The translations under genes and the position numbers were made by a program. DNA of 64,000 bases from a bacterium. GTDB lineage: Bacteria > UBA8248. The stretch's first letter is position 1; every line of letters begins with the position of its first letter. Under the pieces are notes generated by a model. It was not told the origin of the DNA and did not search any database. It saw only the letters and a list, made by a program, of their open reading frames with translations. Location of the stretch: positions 1,408,001 to 1,472,000 of the forward strand of contig CBDBZU010000004.1 in assembly GCA_965213625.1 (NCBI GenBank), given 5' to 3'. Positions 20,056-29,669 of this stretch are shown here, in pieces.

Positions 20056-20799
20056 ATGCGGGAACTGTTCGCTGAAAAGCCATTTTCGAACGAATTCATC
20101 CCCTACTACTACCAAATCGCCAATCTCCTGCGCGGCAAAATCGAAAGCGGAGAACTAATCGAGGGATTGAAGCTCCCCAAGGAGTTGGATCTTTCCAAGC
20201 ATTTCGGTGTCAGCCGGGTCACCCTGCGTCAGGCCCTCGCCATATTGGAGAAAGAAGGGCTGGTGACGCGTGAGCGCCGCAAAGGCACTTTCGTCAACCG
20301 CGGTGGCGTGAAATCGAAGATGATTCAACTCACCGGCGCCGTATGGGAGGAAGACGCCGTTGGCGGGGATATACGGGTCATATCGATAGAGGAAATGGAC
20401 GCTTCGTCTCGGTTGCAAGAATTTTTCGGCTCAGATGATGGGGAAAATCTGACCAGGGTCCAGCGCCTGAGGATGGCGGAGGAAACCCCCCTTTGCTACG
20501 TGATGAATTATTTGCCGCAAAAGCTGGCAAAAGACATTCCGCATGAGGATATCCGCACTCGTAGCATGCTCCACATCCTGAAAAATAGACTGCAAATTCC
20601 GTTGGGCAAGATACACCAGACGCTCGAAGCCCGTGTCGCCGATAGTGACGTCGCGGACCATCTTTCCATCGGCGTCCTGGCGCCGGTTTTATATGTGGAA
20701 ACCTTCGTCCATAGTAAAAGCGGGGAACCCGTCGAATTTTCCCAGATTTATTACCGCGGAGATCAGCACCGATACAGAGTGGAACTCGTAAGCGAGTAG
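20056..20799 (+). CDS. GntR family (HutC/UTRA) transcriptional regulator
   Basis: PYYYQI, LPKELDL, FGVSRVTLRQAL, KGTFV, C-terminal UTRA ending YRGD; ATG after a GAGG RBS. Confidence 0.93.
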   Translation: MRELFAEKPFSNEFIPYYYQIANLLRGKIESGELIEGLKLPKELDLSKHFGVSRVTLRQALAILEKEGLVTRERRKGTFVNRGGVKSKMIQLTGAVWEEDAVGGDIRVISIEEMDASSRLQEFFGSDDGENLTRVQRLRMAEETPLCYVMNYLPQKLAKDIPHEDIRTRSMLHILKNRLQIPLGKIHQTLEARVADSDVADHLSIGVLAPVLYVETFVHSKSGEPVEFSQIYYRGDQHRYRVELVSE

Positions 20800-20856
20800 C
20801 CCCTCGTATCTTCTGCTGCGCGCTTTTCCAAACTATCGCTGGATGGGAGGGGCAAG

Positions 20857-21768
20857 ATGCCAAAAAAGAAGAGTACGAAAAGAACCATCGGCTTCATCGG
20901 CTTGGGCCTCATGGGCCAGGCGTTTTCCAAAAACCTCATTGCTGACGGCCATCGCCTCGTGGGAACCGACGTGCTGGCGGGGGCGAGGCGGAAGTTCAAG
21001 CGCCTTGGAGGGGAAGTCCTCGAAACGCCCCGAGATGTAGCCGAAGCCGCCGAGGTGGTGTTCATCTCCGTTCCCAATTCAAAGATATCCCTTCAGACCG
21101 CACGTGGGAAAAATGGGTATCTGGCCTGCTCGCCCGAACTGGCGCCAGAAGTCGTGCTCGACACGACGACGTCGGACCCCGAAGACTCGAAAAAACATGC
21201 AAAGCTATGCCGGGGAAAGGGAATTACCTACCTGGATGCCAGCGTAAGCGGCAACAGCGACCACGTGACGAATCGGGAAGGCTTGTTTCTCGTGGGAGGG
21301 AACAAGAAGGCCTACGAGAAGGTGGCGCCGCTTTTGGAGACGATGCTATCCGATCAGGTTCATTGCGGACCTTCCGGCTCGGGGGCCGCAATGAAAGTGG
21401 TCGTGAACTACATGACCTCCATGGGGCGTTGCGTCATCGCCGAAGGCCTGCGGCTGGGGATGCGCAGCGGATTCGGGAAAGATTTTTTATTCGACACGCT
21501 CAAGAGAAGCCGTGCGGGCGATTCAAGCGGGTTCCATGGCCACGGCGGCATTATGGTGCGGGGCCGGTATAGCCGTCCCCGGAGCACCTTGAACGTCATC
21601 CGGAAGGACATCGGGCTTGGTCTCAGGCTGGCCAGGAGAAACAGCGCCGTGACGCCGGTAGGCAACGCATGCGCGCCGCTGTACAGGGAAGGCGCGCGCG
21701 CTGGGAATGGAGAATTGGACAGCGCAGCGGTTTATTTGTCGTACCTCAATCGAGAGAACAAAAAATAG
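20857..21768 (+). CDS. Beta-hydroxyacid dehydrogenase family (3-hydroxyisobutyrate DH-like)
   Basis: GFIGLGLMG, LDASVSG, GSGAAMKVVVN. Confidence 0.88.
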   Translation: MPKKKSTKRTIGFIGLGLMGQAFSKNLIADGHRLVGTDVLAGARRKFKRLGGEVLETPRDVAEAAEVVFISVPNSKISLQTARGKNGYLACSPELAPEVVLDTTTSDPEDSKKHAKLCRGKGITYLDASVSGNSDHVTNREGLFLVGGNKKAYEKVAPLLETMLSDQVHCGPSGSGAAMKVVVNYMTSMGRCVIAEGLRLGMRSGFGKDFLFDTLKRSRAGDSSGFHGHGGIMVRGRYSRPRSTLNVIRKDIGLGLRLARRNSAVTPVGNACAPLYREGARAGNGELDSAAVYLSYLNRENKK

Positions 21769-21820
21769 AGGGGTTCACCCGGGCTTTCTCTTCTGATAGA
21801 TGGGGCGCGCCCGCGTGTGA

Positions 21821-22903
21821 GTGGAAACTGTTGCGGCCGTTCTGAATCGTTCAGATGTGGAATGCGCGGTATCTGAAGAATGGGGGTGGTCCTTGCCGAG
21901 TGAAACGCATGATTTTTCGGATAAAGCATCCACGCTCGTCGTTGTGGGCGATATGGAAATCGACCGCCCCGAGCCTCGAAACACTTTCTCCAAGGTCGCT
22001 TCTTTTTTGGATGCGGCCGACTTGCGCTTCGGCGGCCTCGAGGCGTCGATGTCCCAATTGGGGGAACCCGCGACCGGGAAAATAGTGATGCGCCACGACC
22101 CGGAGATGATTCAGGGTTATCTCGAGGGCGGCTTCGACGTGTTGGCGTTCGCCAGCAACCATTGCATGGACTACGGGCTTGAGCCGTTCGTCGAGACGAT
22201 GGAACTGCTTGAGCGAAACGGGATCGCATATTCAGGAGCGGGCCGGAACATCCAGGAAGCGCGAACGCCCGCTGTAATCGAACAAGGCGGCGTGAGATAC
22301 GGGTTTTTGTCCTATGTGCTCGAACTGCCGTTGGGCTGGGGCGGAGGTCCCACGAAGCCCGGCGTCGCGCCCATACGGCAGGATGCGCTCTATGGCCCTC
22401 CTTACGTCAACGAAGAGGATTTGGCGGCGATGGTCGACGACATCGGGCGCGTACGCCCGAGAGTCGATTTTCTTCTGGCCTCGTTCCACTGGGGAGCGAG
22501 CCAGAGCCGAACGCTTACGCTTTCCCAGCAGGCGGTGGCGCATGCGGCGGTCGAGGCCGGGGTGGACATCGTTGTTGGTCATCATCCCCACATCCTGCAA
22601 GGTGTCGAGGTGTATCGCGGGCGGCCGATATTTTACGCCTTGGGTAATTTTGTCCTCGATCATGACCACCCGATGTTCATGCCCACCGTACGTGAGTCGA
22701 TTTGCCTGAAACTTGCTTTGCGAGGAGGAGCGCTCGACCGGGTGACGGTAGCGCCCGTGTTGATCGAAGAAGATGGCAGCCCCAGGATTCTGACGGGGAA
22801 GGAGCCGAAAGCGGCGGAAATACTGACAACTCTTGAATCGCTCTCCAGAAAACTGGGGACGCAGATCGAGATTTCGGGCGCAGAAGGAACGGTGGCGCTA
22901 TGA
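21821..22903 (+). CDS. CapA/PgsA family metallophosphoesterase-like protein
   Basis: VGD, ASNHCMDYG, HWG, GHHPHILQ, YALGNF. Confidence 0.88.
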   Translation: METVAAVLNRSDVECAVSEEWGWSLPSETHDFSDKASTLVVVGDMEIDRPEPRNTFSKVASFLDAADLRFGGLEASMSQLGEPATGKIVMRHDPEMIQGYLEGGFDVLAFASNHCMDYGLEPFVETMELLERNGIAYSGAGRNIQEARTPAVIEQGGVRYGFLSYVLELPLGWGGGPTKPGVAPIRQDALYGPPYVNEEDLAAMVDDIGRVRPRVDFLLASFHWGASQSRTLTLSQQAVAHAAVEAGVDIVVGHHPHILQGVEVYRGRPIFYALGNFVLDHDHPMFMPTVRESICLKLALRGGALDRVTVAPVLIEEDGSPRILTGKEPKAAEILTTLESLSRKLGTQIEISGAEGTVAL

Positions 22904-22949
22904 AACGTTATTTTTCGCCTCTTTTTGAGCGAGCAATGGAAGCAGTCTC

Positions 22950-23693
22950 ATGGAGTTGAACGGAAAAGTTTTTGTCATCACGGGCGCGGCCCGGGGCATC
23001 GGCGCGGACGCCGCGCGCCGTTTTTCGGGCATGGGTGCGAAAGTGGCGGCCCTGGACGTGAACGAAGAGGGTCTTCGGAGTCTCGAAACCGAAGCGGATG
23101 GCGTTATCCTCGGCGTGTGTGCGGACATCTCGAATGAGAAGGGTGTCGAAGATGCATTTGAAGAAGTCATCGGGCGATTCGGCGGCGTGGATATCTTGAT
23201 CAACTGCGCCGTGATTCGGGGGAACGGCCCTCTGGCGGAGGTCGAAGAAGCCACGATCGACACAGCGCTGGCTGTGGGGCTCAAGGGCAACATCCTTTGC
23301 GCAAAACGCGCGGCGGAGGAGATGAGAAATCGAGGCGGCGGCGCCATCGTCAACATGTCGAGTTTCTACGCGCATACGCCGGCCAAGGAGCGCGTGGTCT
23401 ACGTCGCTGTCAAAGGAGGCGTCGAGGGTCTCACGCGCGCGCTGGCCGTCGAACTGGCGGACTCGAACATACGCGTGAACGCCATCGCGGCGGGTCCGGT
23501 GCTCACGAAGCTCAGAGAAGGACAGGGAGACGGCGACCCCGACAATCTGGCGGAGCGCTACCGCAAATCCCCCATGGGCAGGTTCGGCCGGGTCGATGAA
23601 GTGCTAGACGCCATGGAGTTTCTGGTAACTTCCCGCTCGTCCTACATGACGGGCCAAATTCTGTTGCTCGACGGTGGTTTGACGATTGTGTGA
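22950..23693 (+). CDS. Short-chain dehydrogenase/reductase
   Basis: TGAARGIG, YVAVKGG, RVNAIAAG. Confidence 0.9.
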   Translation: MELNGKVFVITGAARGIGADAARRFSGMGAKVAALDVNEEGLRSLETEADGVILGVCADISNEKGVEDAFEEVIGRFGGVDILINCAVIRGNGPLAEVEEATIDTALAVGLKGNILCAKRAAEEMRNRGGGAIVNMSSFYAHTPAKERVVYVAVKGGVEGLTRALAVELADSNIRVNAIAAGPVLTKLREGQGDGDPDNLAERYRKSPMGRFGRVDEVLDAMEFLVTSRSSYMTGQILLLDGGLTIV

Positions 23694-23749
23694 AGTTTTT
23701 GAGGAGTACATTCTCGCCGAGAAACCGGCGGATGGATATATAAAATCGG

Positions 23750-23843
23750 CGGGAACGCGTGGGAGTCGAACCCACCGACGAAGTGATTAGCCCCGTCCAC
23801 TGGATTTGAAGTCCAGGCGGCACACCAGCACCGATGCGCTCCC
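23750..23843 (-). tRNA. selC: tRNA-Sec (UCA)
   Basis: 8-bp acceptor GGGAGCGC/GCGTTCCC, 6-bp D stem with TGGT loop, anticodon loop CTTCAAA, long variable arm, 5-bp T stem with TTCGACT loop, discriminator G. Confidence 0.95.
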
Positions 23844-23985
23844 AACGAGAGAATACAACGGCTGGGGATGCTTCTGAAAGCGCCTTTAGGGGATTAAATG
23901 CTTTCGGGTAGCCGCGCAGCTTGTTCTCGTAGCGCGAAAGCACTAAAAGGGAGCGAAATTCATCGCCATTAAAGGAGAAACGAGA

Positions 23986-24888
23986 ATGTCGCAACGTGTG
24001 GGTATCGTGGGCATGGGGCTGATGGGCCAGGCCTTCATCAAGAACATGCGCGAAACGGGCTTCGAGGTGCAGGGTTTCGACGTGGACCGCGCGCGCATGG
24101 ACGATTTGCGCGAAAAAGGCGGCTATCCCGTCGAGACGCCGGCTGAAGCCGCCAAGGGCGTGAATTTCGTCATCACCTCCCTGCCCACCAGCGACGTCGC
24201 GCGCGAGGCGACTCTGGGTACCGGCGGCATCGCCGAGGGCGCGAAGGAAGGGCTATACCTTCTCGACACCACGACCTCTCGGCCCGAGGATTCGGTTCGT
24301 CTCGCAGGGGACTTGAATGAGCGGGGAATACGCTTTCTCGATTCCGCCGTGAGCGGGACGAGCACGATGGCGGTGGCGAAGGATCTGGTAGTCATCGCAG
24401 GGGGAGAGGCGGAGGATTTCGACGCCTGCCGCGCCGTTTTCGCCGGCTTCAGCCGGGCGGCCTACCATATGGGGCCGGTGGGTTCGGGCGCGCGGACGAA
24501 GCTCGTCATCAACATGATTCTGGCGGGCAACCGGCTCGCTTTGGCGGAGGGGCTGATGCTCGGCACGAAGGTGGGCTTGGAGATGGACACCCTTCTGGAG
24601 GTGTTGAAAGACGGCGCGTGTTCCTCCAAGACCATGATCGACAAGGGCCCCAAGATGATTCACGCGGATTACTCGAAACAGGGCCAGGTGAAGACATCCC
24701 TCAAGGATTCGCGACTCATGCTCGAGCAGGGCCAGCTCCACGGCTCGCCCATGCTGATGACGAACCTCTGGTCCCAGGTGATGCAGGTGGCCTATGAGAA
24801 GGGCTATGCGGAAGAGGATACCGTCGCCTTCTTCGAGGTGCTGCGCGAGATGGGGGGCCTGCCTTCGAGGATTGTCAATCCCGAATGA
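23986..24888 (+). CDS. Beta-hydroxyacid dehydrogenase family oxidoreductase
   Basis: GIVGMGLMG, LDSAVSG, GSGARTKLVIN. Confidence 0.88.
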   Translation: MSQRVGIVGMGLMGQAFIKNMRETGFEVQGFDVDRARMDDLREKGGYPVETPAEAAKGVNFVITSLPTSDVAREATLGTGGIAEGAKEGLYLLDTTTSRPEDSVRLAGDLNERGIRFLDSAVSGTSTMAVAKDLVVIAGGEAEDFDACRAVFAGFSRAAYHMGPVGSGARTKLVINMILAGNRLALAEGLMLGTKVGLEMDTLLEVLKDGACSSKTMIDKGPKMIHADYSKQGQVKTSLKDSRLMLEQGQLHGSPMLMTNLWSQVMQVAYEKGYAEEDTVAFFEVLREMGGLPSRIVNPE

Positions 24889-25283
24889 GGAAGGACTCTG
24901 AGCCATTATGCGGGGAGGTGCGCGGCGGCGGGAGTTAGTTTTCGGGTGATTTCTCACACACGAACTGAATGGTGCTAAACACAAAGTTGATTGCATCGAC
25001 GGAACCGGAGGCTGACGGTATCTGAGCTCCGGCAGGTATATCTATCAGTCCGGCAAAAAATCTTGACACCCGGTAAAGTAGTCTAGTAATTTGTTGGTAA
25101 CGATGCGACGCAATAAGTCTGTTCCAGAAACGGGACGGGTTTCACGAGGTTGGGTATCACTTGGATGGTGTGAATCCTCCATCCAGAATGTGAAACGCTA
25201 TTTCCAATATGAGACTCACATAGACAAGGCGAAGCGTATGTTCGGATCGCTCACGGGTCTATCTCACCAAGGGGAGTTTGGCC

Positions 25284-26018
25284 ATGGCGCGAGAGGAAAT
25301 AACGGGCGACAGCGGAAACAATACATACGATTACGAGAATTCGAGTGAAGATTACTTCATACAGGGCAAAGAGGGCGACGACACCATAAAAACCGGTTCG
25401 GGCGACGACACGATATTCGGCGGCTCGGGCGACGATGAAATCTATGGCGGCGCAGGCGACGATAGTCTCTGGGGAAGCCGTGGCGACGATAAAATCTATG
25501 GCGGCGCGGGCGACGACCAGCTGGAGGGCGGCTACGACGACGACGAGCTCTACGGCGGAGCGGGTAACGACACGCTCGTTGCCGGCACGGAAGATGACAA
25601 ACTCTATGGCGGTGATGGTGACGACGCACTCTTTGGCGGTCCGGGAAACGATACGCTCGAAGGCGGCGCGGGCGCAGACACGCTCTCGGGCGGAGTGGGC
25701 AACGACACGCTCACGGGCGGTGCGGACGCAGATACCTTCGTGTTTACTACTGGGTTTACCTCTGCCGGTGATGGAAACGACAAGATCACCGATTTCGCCG
25801 ACGCAGAAGATACCATCGATCTCACGGCGATCACCGACATTACCAGCTTCGCCGACTTAACTATAACCGCTGATGGGGATAACACCGTCATCGACCTGAG
25901 CGCGCATGGCGGCGGCAAGATCACATTGGAGAATTTCAACTCGACGAACTTGGACGCCAATGATTTCAGTTTCTACGAACCGCCAACTGTGACTGAAGGC
26001 GAAGCCGACGCCTTGTGA
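25284..26018 (+). CDS. Small RTX/hemolysin-type calcium-binding repeat protein
   Basis: More than a dozen GGxGxD nonapeptides, then DTFVF..GNDKITDF...DTIDL and an acidic C-terminus typical of T1SS substrates. Confidence 0.9.
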   Translation: MAREEITGDSGNNTYDYENSSEDYFIQGKEGDDTIKTGSGDDTIFGGSGDDEIYGGAGDDSLWGSRGDDKIYGGAGDDQLEGGYDDDELYGGAGNDTLVAGTEDDKLYGGDGDDALFGGPGNDTLEGGAGADTLSGGVGNDTLTGGADADTFVFTTGFTSAGDGNDKITDFADAEDTIDLTAITDITSFADLTITADGDNTVIDLSAHGGGKITLENFNSTNLDANDFSFYEPPTVTEGEADAL

Positions 26019-26019
26019 A

Positions 26020-26226
26020 GTGCGGCCCTGCCGGCCACGGGATTTTACGACCGAGGCGAATGCGGGGAAATGCGAAGAGTTGGTTTTCCAGTAGGGGCGG
26101 TTCACGAACCGCATCTGTATGTTTCTGATCGTTTGGGATTTGACGTGGTCGTTGCCATTATTGCAACGTGTAAGAATTCTTCAACCGAATGTCGAGCAGT
26201 TCCCCGTTTTTTTGGCCGGACCGCAC
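26020..26226 (+). mobile_element. Putative ~207-bp MITE-like unit (copy 1)
   Basis: Ends GTGCGGCCC / GGACCGCAC; first ~55 bp and last 11 bp resemble the ends of 51497-51712 read on the minus strand. Confidence 0.4.
26091..26117. repeat. GTAG-type REP-like palindrome
   Basis: GTAGGGGCGGTTCACGAACCGC. Confidence 0.55.
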
Positions 26227-26249
26227 GGGCTCATGCAATTTGAGTTGCT

Positions 26250-27203
26250 TTAATAATTTCCACCACCGCCCAACACCCTCGGATACGGCTCAAAGATCGT
26301 CTGCCCCTCCAGGTACTCCGAACCCGCGCTCACCGTCCACTCCCGTAGCGTTGCGACCGGCTCACCCAGCGGGATTTTGCCCTCGCGGTATTCCTCCATC
26401 GCATCGAGAAATCGACTCTTTTCTTCTCCACTGATTTTATCGGACAAATGCCCCAACGCGTGTGCGAGGGCGTTCACCCATGAGGCTTGGCCGGGCGTAC
26501 GGGTGAGGAGCCTCAAAAGCGCGTTTTCGTAGGCGGAGGCGACCTCGCCGAACGCGCGTTTTGCGTGATTCGCCGCAATGCGCCCCATCTCGCGCATGGT
26601 CTCCTGATGGTAGGCCAGGAACAGCAGCTTGTTCTCCGCATGGTAGCGGGCGAGTCGGGCGGCGCGGCCAGATTCCTTGACTTCCCGGAAGCCCGCGAGC
26701 GCGAAGATTTTCGTGAGGAAACCAGCGCGAACTTGCCTGTCGTTCAATCCGGCCTCATCCACGAACGCTCGCGAACCGAACGCTTCGAGCGCGGCGCCTG
26801 CGAACAGGCCCGCCCCCATAGCGGTGTGCTCAACGGAGGTGGCGGCGTGAAAAATCCTGGCGTCGGTTATCGCGCAAGAAGGTGATTTCGCCTTCAGGAT
26901 AAAGCCGTCGACTTCTTCGAGACTTTTCAAATACCGCCTGGAAAAGGCGTTCATCCTGCGCGTCAGGTGTTTGCGCGTGCTGGGCTGGTAGAGGGATTTC
27001 CGCTCGCCTTGTGAGTAGATTCGTATCGGGTCCCTCGGCGTTCCCAAGCCGATTTCCACCTCGGGGCACACCGGCCGGAAGCGCACGTGCGGTTCGAGAC
27101 GCTCGATGAAAGATGACGAGATTCGCTCGCCGTTGTAGCGGCAGGCCTCGAATTCGAGGCACTTGCTCACCACGACGATGGGTTTTGCGAACGCGCGGCT
27201 CAT
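26250..27203 (-). CDS. DUF523 (thiouracil desulfurase-like) + DUF1722 (YbgA) protein
   Basis: SKCL, CRYNG, VCPEVEIGLG.PR, KSPSC; C-terminal YLEGQTIFEPYP. Confidence 0.9.
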   Translation of the reverse strand: MSRAFAKPIVVVSKCLEFEACRYNGERISSSFIERLEPHVRFRPVCPEVEIGLGTPRDPIRIYSQGERKSLYQPSTRKHLTRRMNAFSRRYLKSLEEVDGFILKAKSPSCAITDARIFHAATSVEHTAMGAGLFAGAALEAFGSRAFVDEAGLNDRQVRAGFLTKIFALAGFREVKESGRAARLARYHAENKLLFLAYHQETMREMGRIAANHAKRAFGEVASAYENALLRLLTRTPGQASWVNALAHALGHLSDKISGEEKSRFLDAMEEYREGKIPLGEPVATLREWTVSAGSEYLEGQTIFEPYPRVLGGGGNY

Positions 27204-27280
27204 ACCACCTCTCCCGAGGTGATGGACGTGGCGGCGGCGGTCGGCATCGTTGAATCAGGCGCCGCTAACGGCGGGCCCGC

Positions 27281-29062
27281 TTATTCGTAGTCATAAAAAC
27301 CCTTACCCGTCTTTCTGCCCAGCCACCCCGCCGAGGTCATCCGGCGCAGGATGGGTGGCGCGAAGAACCTCGCCTCGCCCAGCTCTTCGGCCATCGAATC
27401 GGCGACGAAGGTCTGCACGTCCACGCCCACCAGGTCGATGAGCGTCAGCGGTCCCATGGGGTGCCCGAGTCCCATGCTGATGGCCTTGTCCATGCTCTCC
27501 CTGTCAGCAAGCCCTTCGTCGAACGCGTGGGCGGCGTGGTTCAGATAGGGCACGAGCAGGCGGTTCACCAGGAATCCCGGCCTGTCCTTCACGGGAATCG
27601 GGGTCTTGCCGATGCGGCGGCAGAACGCGACCCCGAACTCGGTGATCTCGGGCGCCGTCTGGATGGCCTCGACCACCTCGACGAGTCTCATCGCGTAGGG
27701 CGGGTTGAAGAAGTGAAGGCCCACCACGCGCTCGGGCACTTTCGTCTTGGCCGCCATGGCGGTCACGGAGAGGCACGAAGTGTTGGACGCGATAACGGCC
27801 CCGTCCTTCGCAATGTTCCCCAGCTTTTCGAACAACGCGAGCTTGGCGTCCAGGTTCTCGACGATCACCTCGATGATGAGGTCGCAGTCCGCAAGCGCCT
27901 CCAGGTCGGTCGAGCCGCCGAGGCGCGCGAGCGTCGCCTCTTTCCGGGCCTCGTCCATCTTGCCGCGCTTCACCGCCCCGTCCAGGTTCCTGCGAATGCG
28001 GGTAAGGCCCGCTTCCAGGGCGTCCGGGTTCACCTCGACGCCGGTGACTTCCAGTCCTGCGGTAATGCAGACCTGCGCGATGCCGGACCCCATGGCGCCC
28101 AGGCCGACCACGCCGACTTTCTTCACCGCGTCCGCGATGGGCTGTCCACGGGAGAGGTCGCGCGCGTTCGCGGCGTCTTCTTCGGGTTCCGCGACGCCGA
28201 ACACGCCCGCGGACTTATACGTGTAAAACCCCTTGCCCGTTTTCGCGCCCAGATGCCCTGCGTCAATCATGCGGTCCACGAGCGGCGGGGGGATGTAGCG
28301 CGGGTCTTTCAGTTGCTCGTACATCGAGAGCGAGACCGTGCGGTGGATGTCGAGTCCCTCGATGTCGAGCAGACGCATGGGGCCCATCCTGTAGCCCAGC
28401 CCAAGCCGCACGCCCGCGTCCAGGTCCGCCGGGTTCGTGTAGCCCGACTCGATGAGGCGGATGCAGTCGTTCTGGAACGCCACGAGGAAGTAGTTGAGCA
28501 CGAAGCCGGGCCAGTCCTTGACCGTGACGGGCGTCTGCCCTACTTCTTCCAGAAAGGCGCTTGTAGCGCTTACGGTCTCATCGCTCGTGAGGAGGCCGGG
28601 CACGACCTCCACGAGCTTGTTGAGTGCGGCCGGCAGGCAGAAATGGGTGCCGATGGTCTGGGAAGGCCGCCCAGAAGCCGCCCCCATGTGGGAGATGGAG
28701 AGCGTGCTCGTGTTGGAGGCGATGATGGCGCTCCCGCCCAGCACGGCGTTCAAGCCCTTGAGCAGCTTGTTCTTCTCCTCGCGGTCTTCGGTGATGGCCT
28801 CGATCACCAGGTCGCAATCCTCGAGTTCCGTGAGCGACCCGGCTTGTGTGATCCGGCCCATCATCGCGTCCCGCTCCTCGGGTGAGGTCTTCCCCTTCTC
28901 GACGCCCGCGTCCACGAACGAGCGCACCCGGCCCATCCCGGCCTCTAAGGCCTGCGCGTTCGCCTCGTACACCATCGTCTCCTTGCCGCCGCGGGCGCAT
29001 ACGATGGCGATGTTTGAGCCCATCGTTCCAAGACCGACGACGCCTACCTTTTGAACCGTCAT
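27281..29062 (-). CDS. Tandem (double) 3-hydroxyacyl-CoA dehydrogenase
   Basis: Two complete units, each with GVVGLG.MG, ASNTS, G.HF, PGF..N, G..MGP, G.KTGKGFY. Confidence 0.9.
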   Translation of the reverse strand: MTVQKVGVVGLGTMGSNIAIVCARGGKETMVYEANAQALEAGMGRVRSFVDAGVEKGKTSPEERDAMMGRITQAGSLTELEDCDLVIEAITEDREEKNKLLKGLNAVLGGSAIIASNTSTLSISHMGAASGRPSQTIGTHFCLPAALNKLVEVVPGLLTSDETVSATSAFLEEVGQTPVTVKDWPGFVLNYFLVAFQNDCIRLIESGYTNPADLDAGVRLGLGYRMGPMRLLDIEGLDIHRTVSLSMYEQLKDPRYIPPPLVDRMIDAGHLGAKTGKGFYTYKSAGVFGVAEPEEDAANARDLSRGQPIADAVKKVGVVGLGAMGSGIAQVCITAGLEVTGVEVNPDALEAGLTRIRRNLDGAVKRGKMDEARKEATLARLGGSTDLEALADCDLIIEVIVENLDAKLALFEKLGNIAKDGAVIASNTSCLSVTAMAAKTKVPERVVGLHFFNPPYAMRLVEVVEAIQTAPEITEFGVAFCRRIGKTPIPVKDRPGFLVNRLLVPYLNHAAHAFDEGLADRESMDKAISMGLGHPMGPLTLIDLVGVDVQTFVADSMAEELGEARFFAPPILRRMTSAGWLGRKTGKGFYDYE

Positions 29063-29280
29063 GGAATTCTCCTGTCGATTGTCACCAGCGAGGCGCGAAT
29101 CCCCGCCTGGAATTTTGCAGTTTCAGACCGCATTTTCAGTATGAAAATTCTTCGAAGAAGGGCAGTTGCTCATCTCCAAAGTGTTCGCACGTGGGTCTCT
29201 TTGTAGGCTTCGCGCCGGATTCTTGTCAATCCGGCCTTGCAAGATCGCCCGTCTGATTTATGATTTGCCCCGTCATGAAC

Positions 29281-29637
29281 ATGCCGCGCGAAAAGCTGAA
29301 GCAACGAATTGAAGAAGCCGCGCAAAATGGCGAGCCCGTCTCGATGGAAGGGGAAGACCTCTCCTGGGCGGACCTGAGCGGGTGCGACCTCACGGACGCC
29401 AATCTGAGAGGGGCGAGCCTGGTGCGCGCGAACTTAGGCGGAGCCGATCTCTCGGGCGCGGATATGCGCGAGACGGACTTGCGAAACGCGGATCTGGAAG
29501 GCGCCGTTCTCCGTGACGCGCTCTTGAGCGATTCCGACGTTGCGGGCGCGAGCTTCCGGGACGCGGATTTGACAGGCGCCGAGGTCGAGAGCGTGAACTT
29601 CGATGAGGCCATTATCGAGAACACGCAGTTTCTTTGA
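29281..29637 (+). CDS. Pentapeptide repeat protein
   Basis: A(D/N)LxG repeats throughout. Confidence 0.88.
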   Translation: MPREKLKQRIEEAAQNGEPVSMEGEDLSWADLSGCDLTDANLRGASLVRANLGGADLSGADMRETDLRNADLEGAVLRDALLSDSDVAGASFRDADLTGAEVESVNFDEAIIENTQFL

Positions 29638-29669
29638 GGCCTCAATGCGCCCGAAGCGACGTTTTTTCG

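Noticed and set aside
21821-22903. Poly-gamma-glutamate capsule locus
   Set aside because: CapA-family gene without capB/capC; the family is widespread as stand-alone hydrolases
23700-23990. Genomic island integrated at selC
   Set aside because: No integrase, no duplicated tRNA 3' end, and no obvious compositional break
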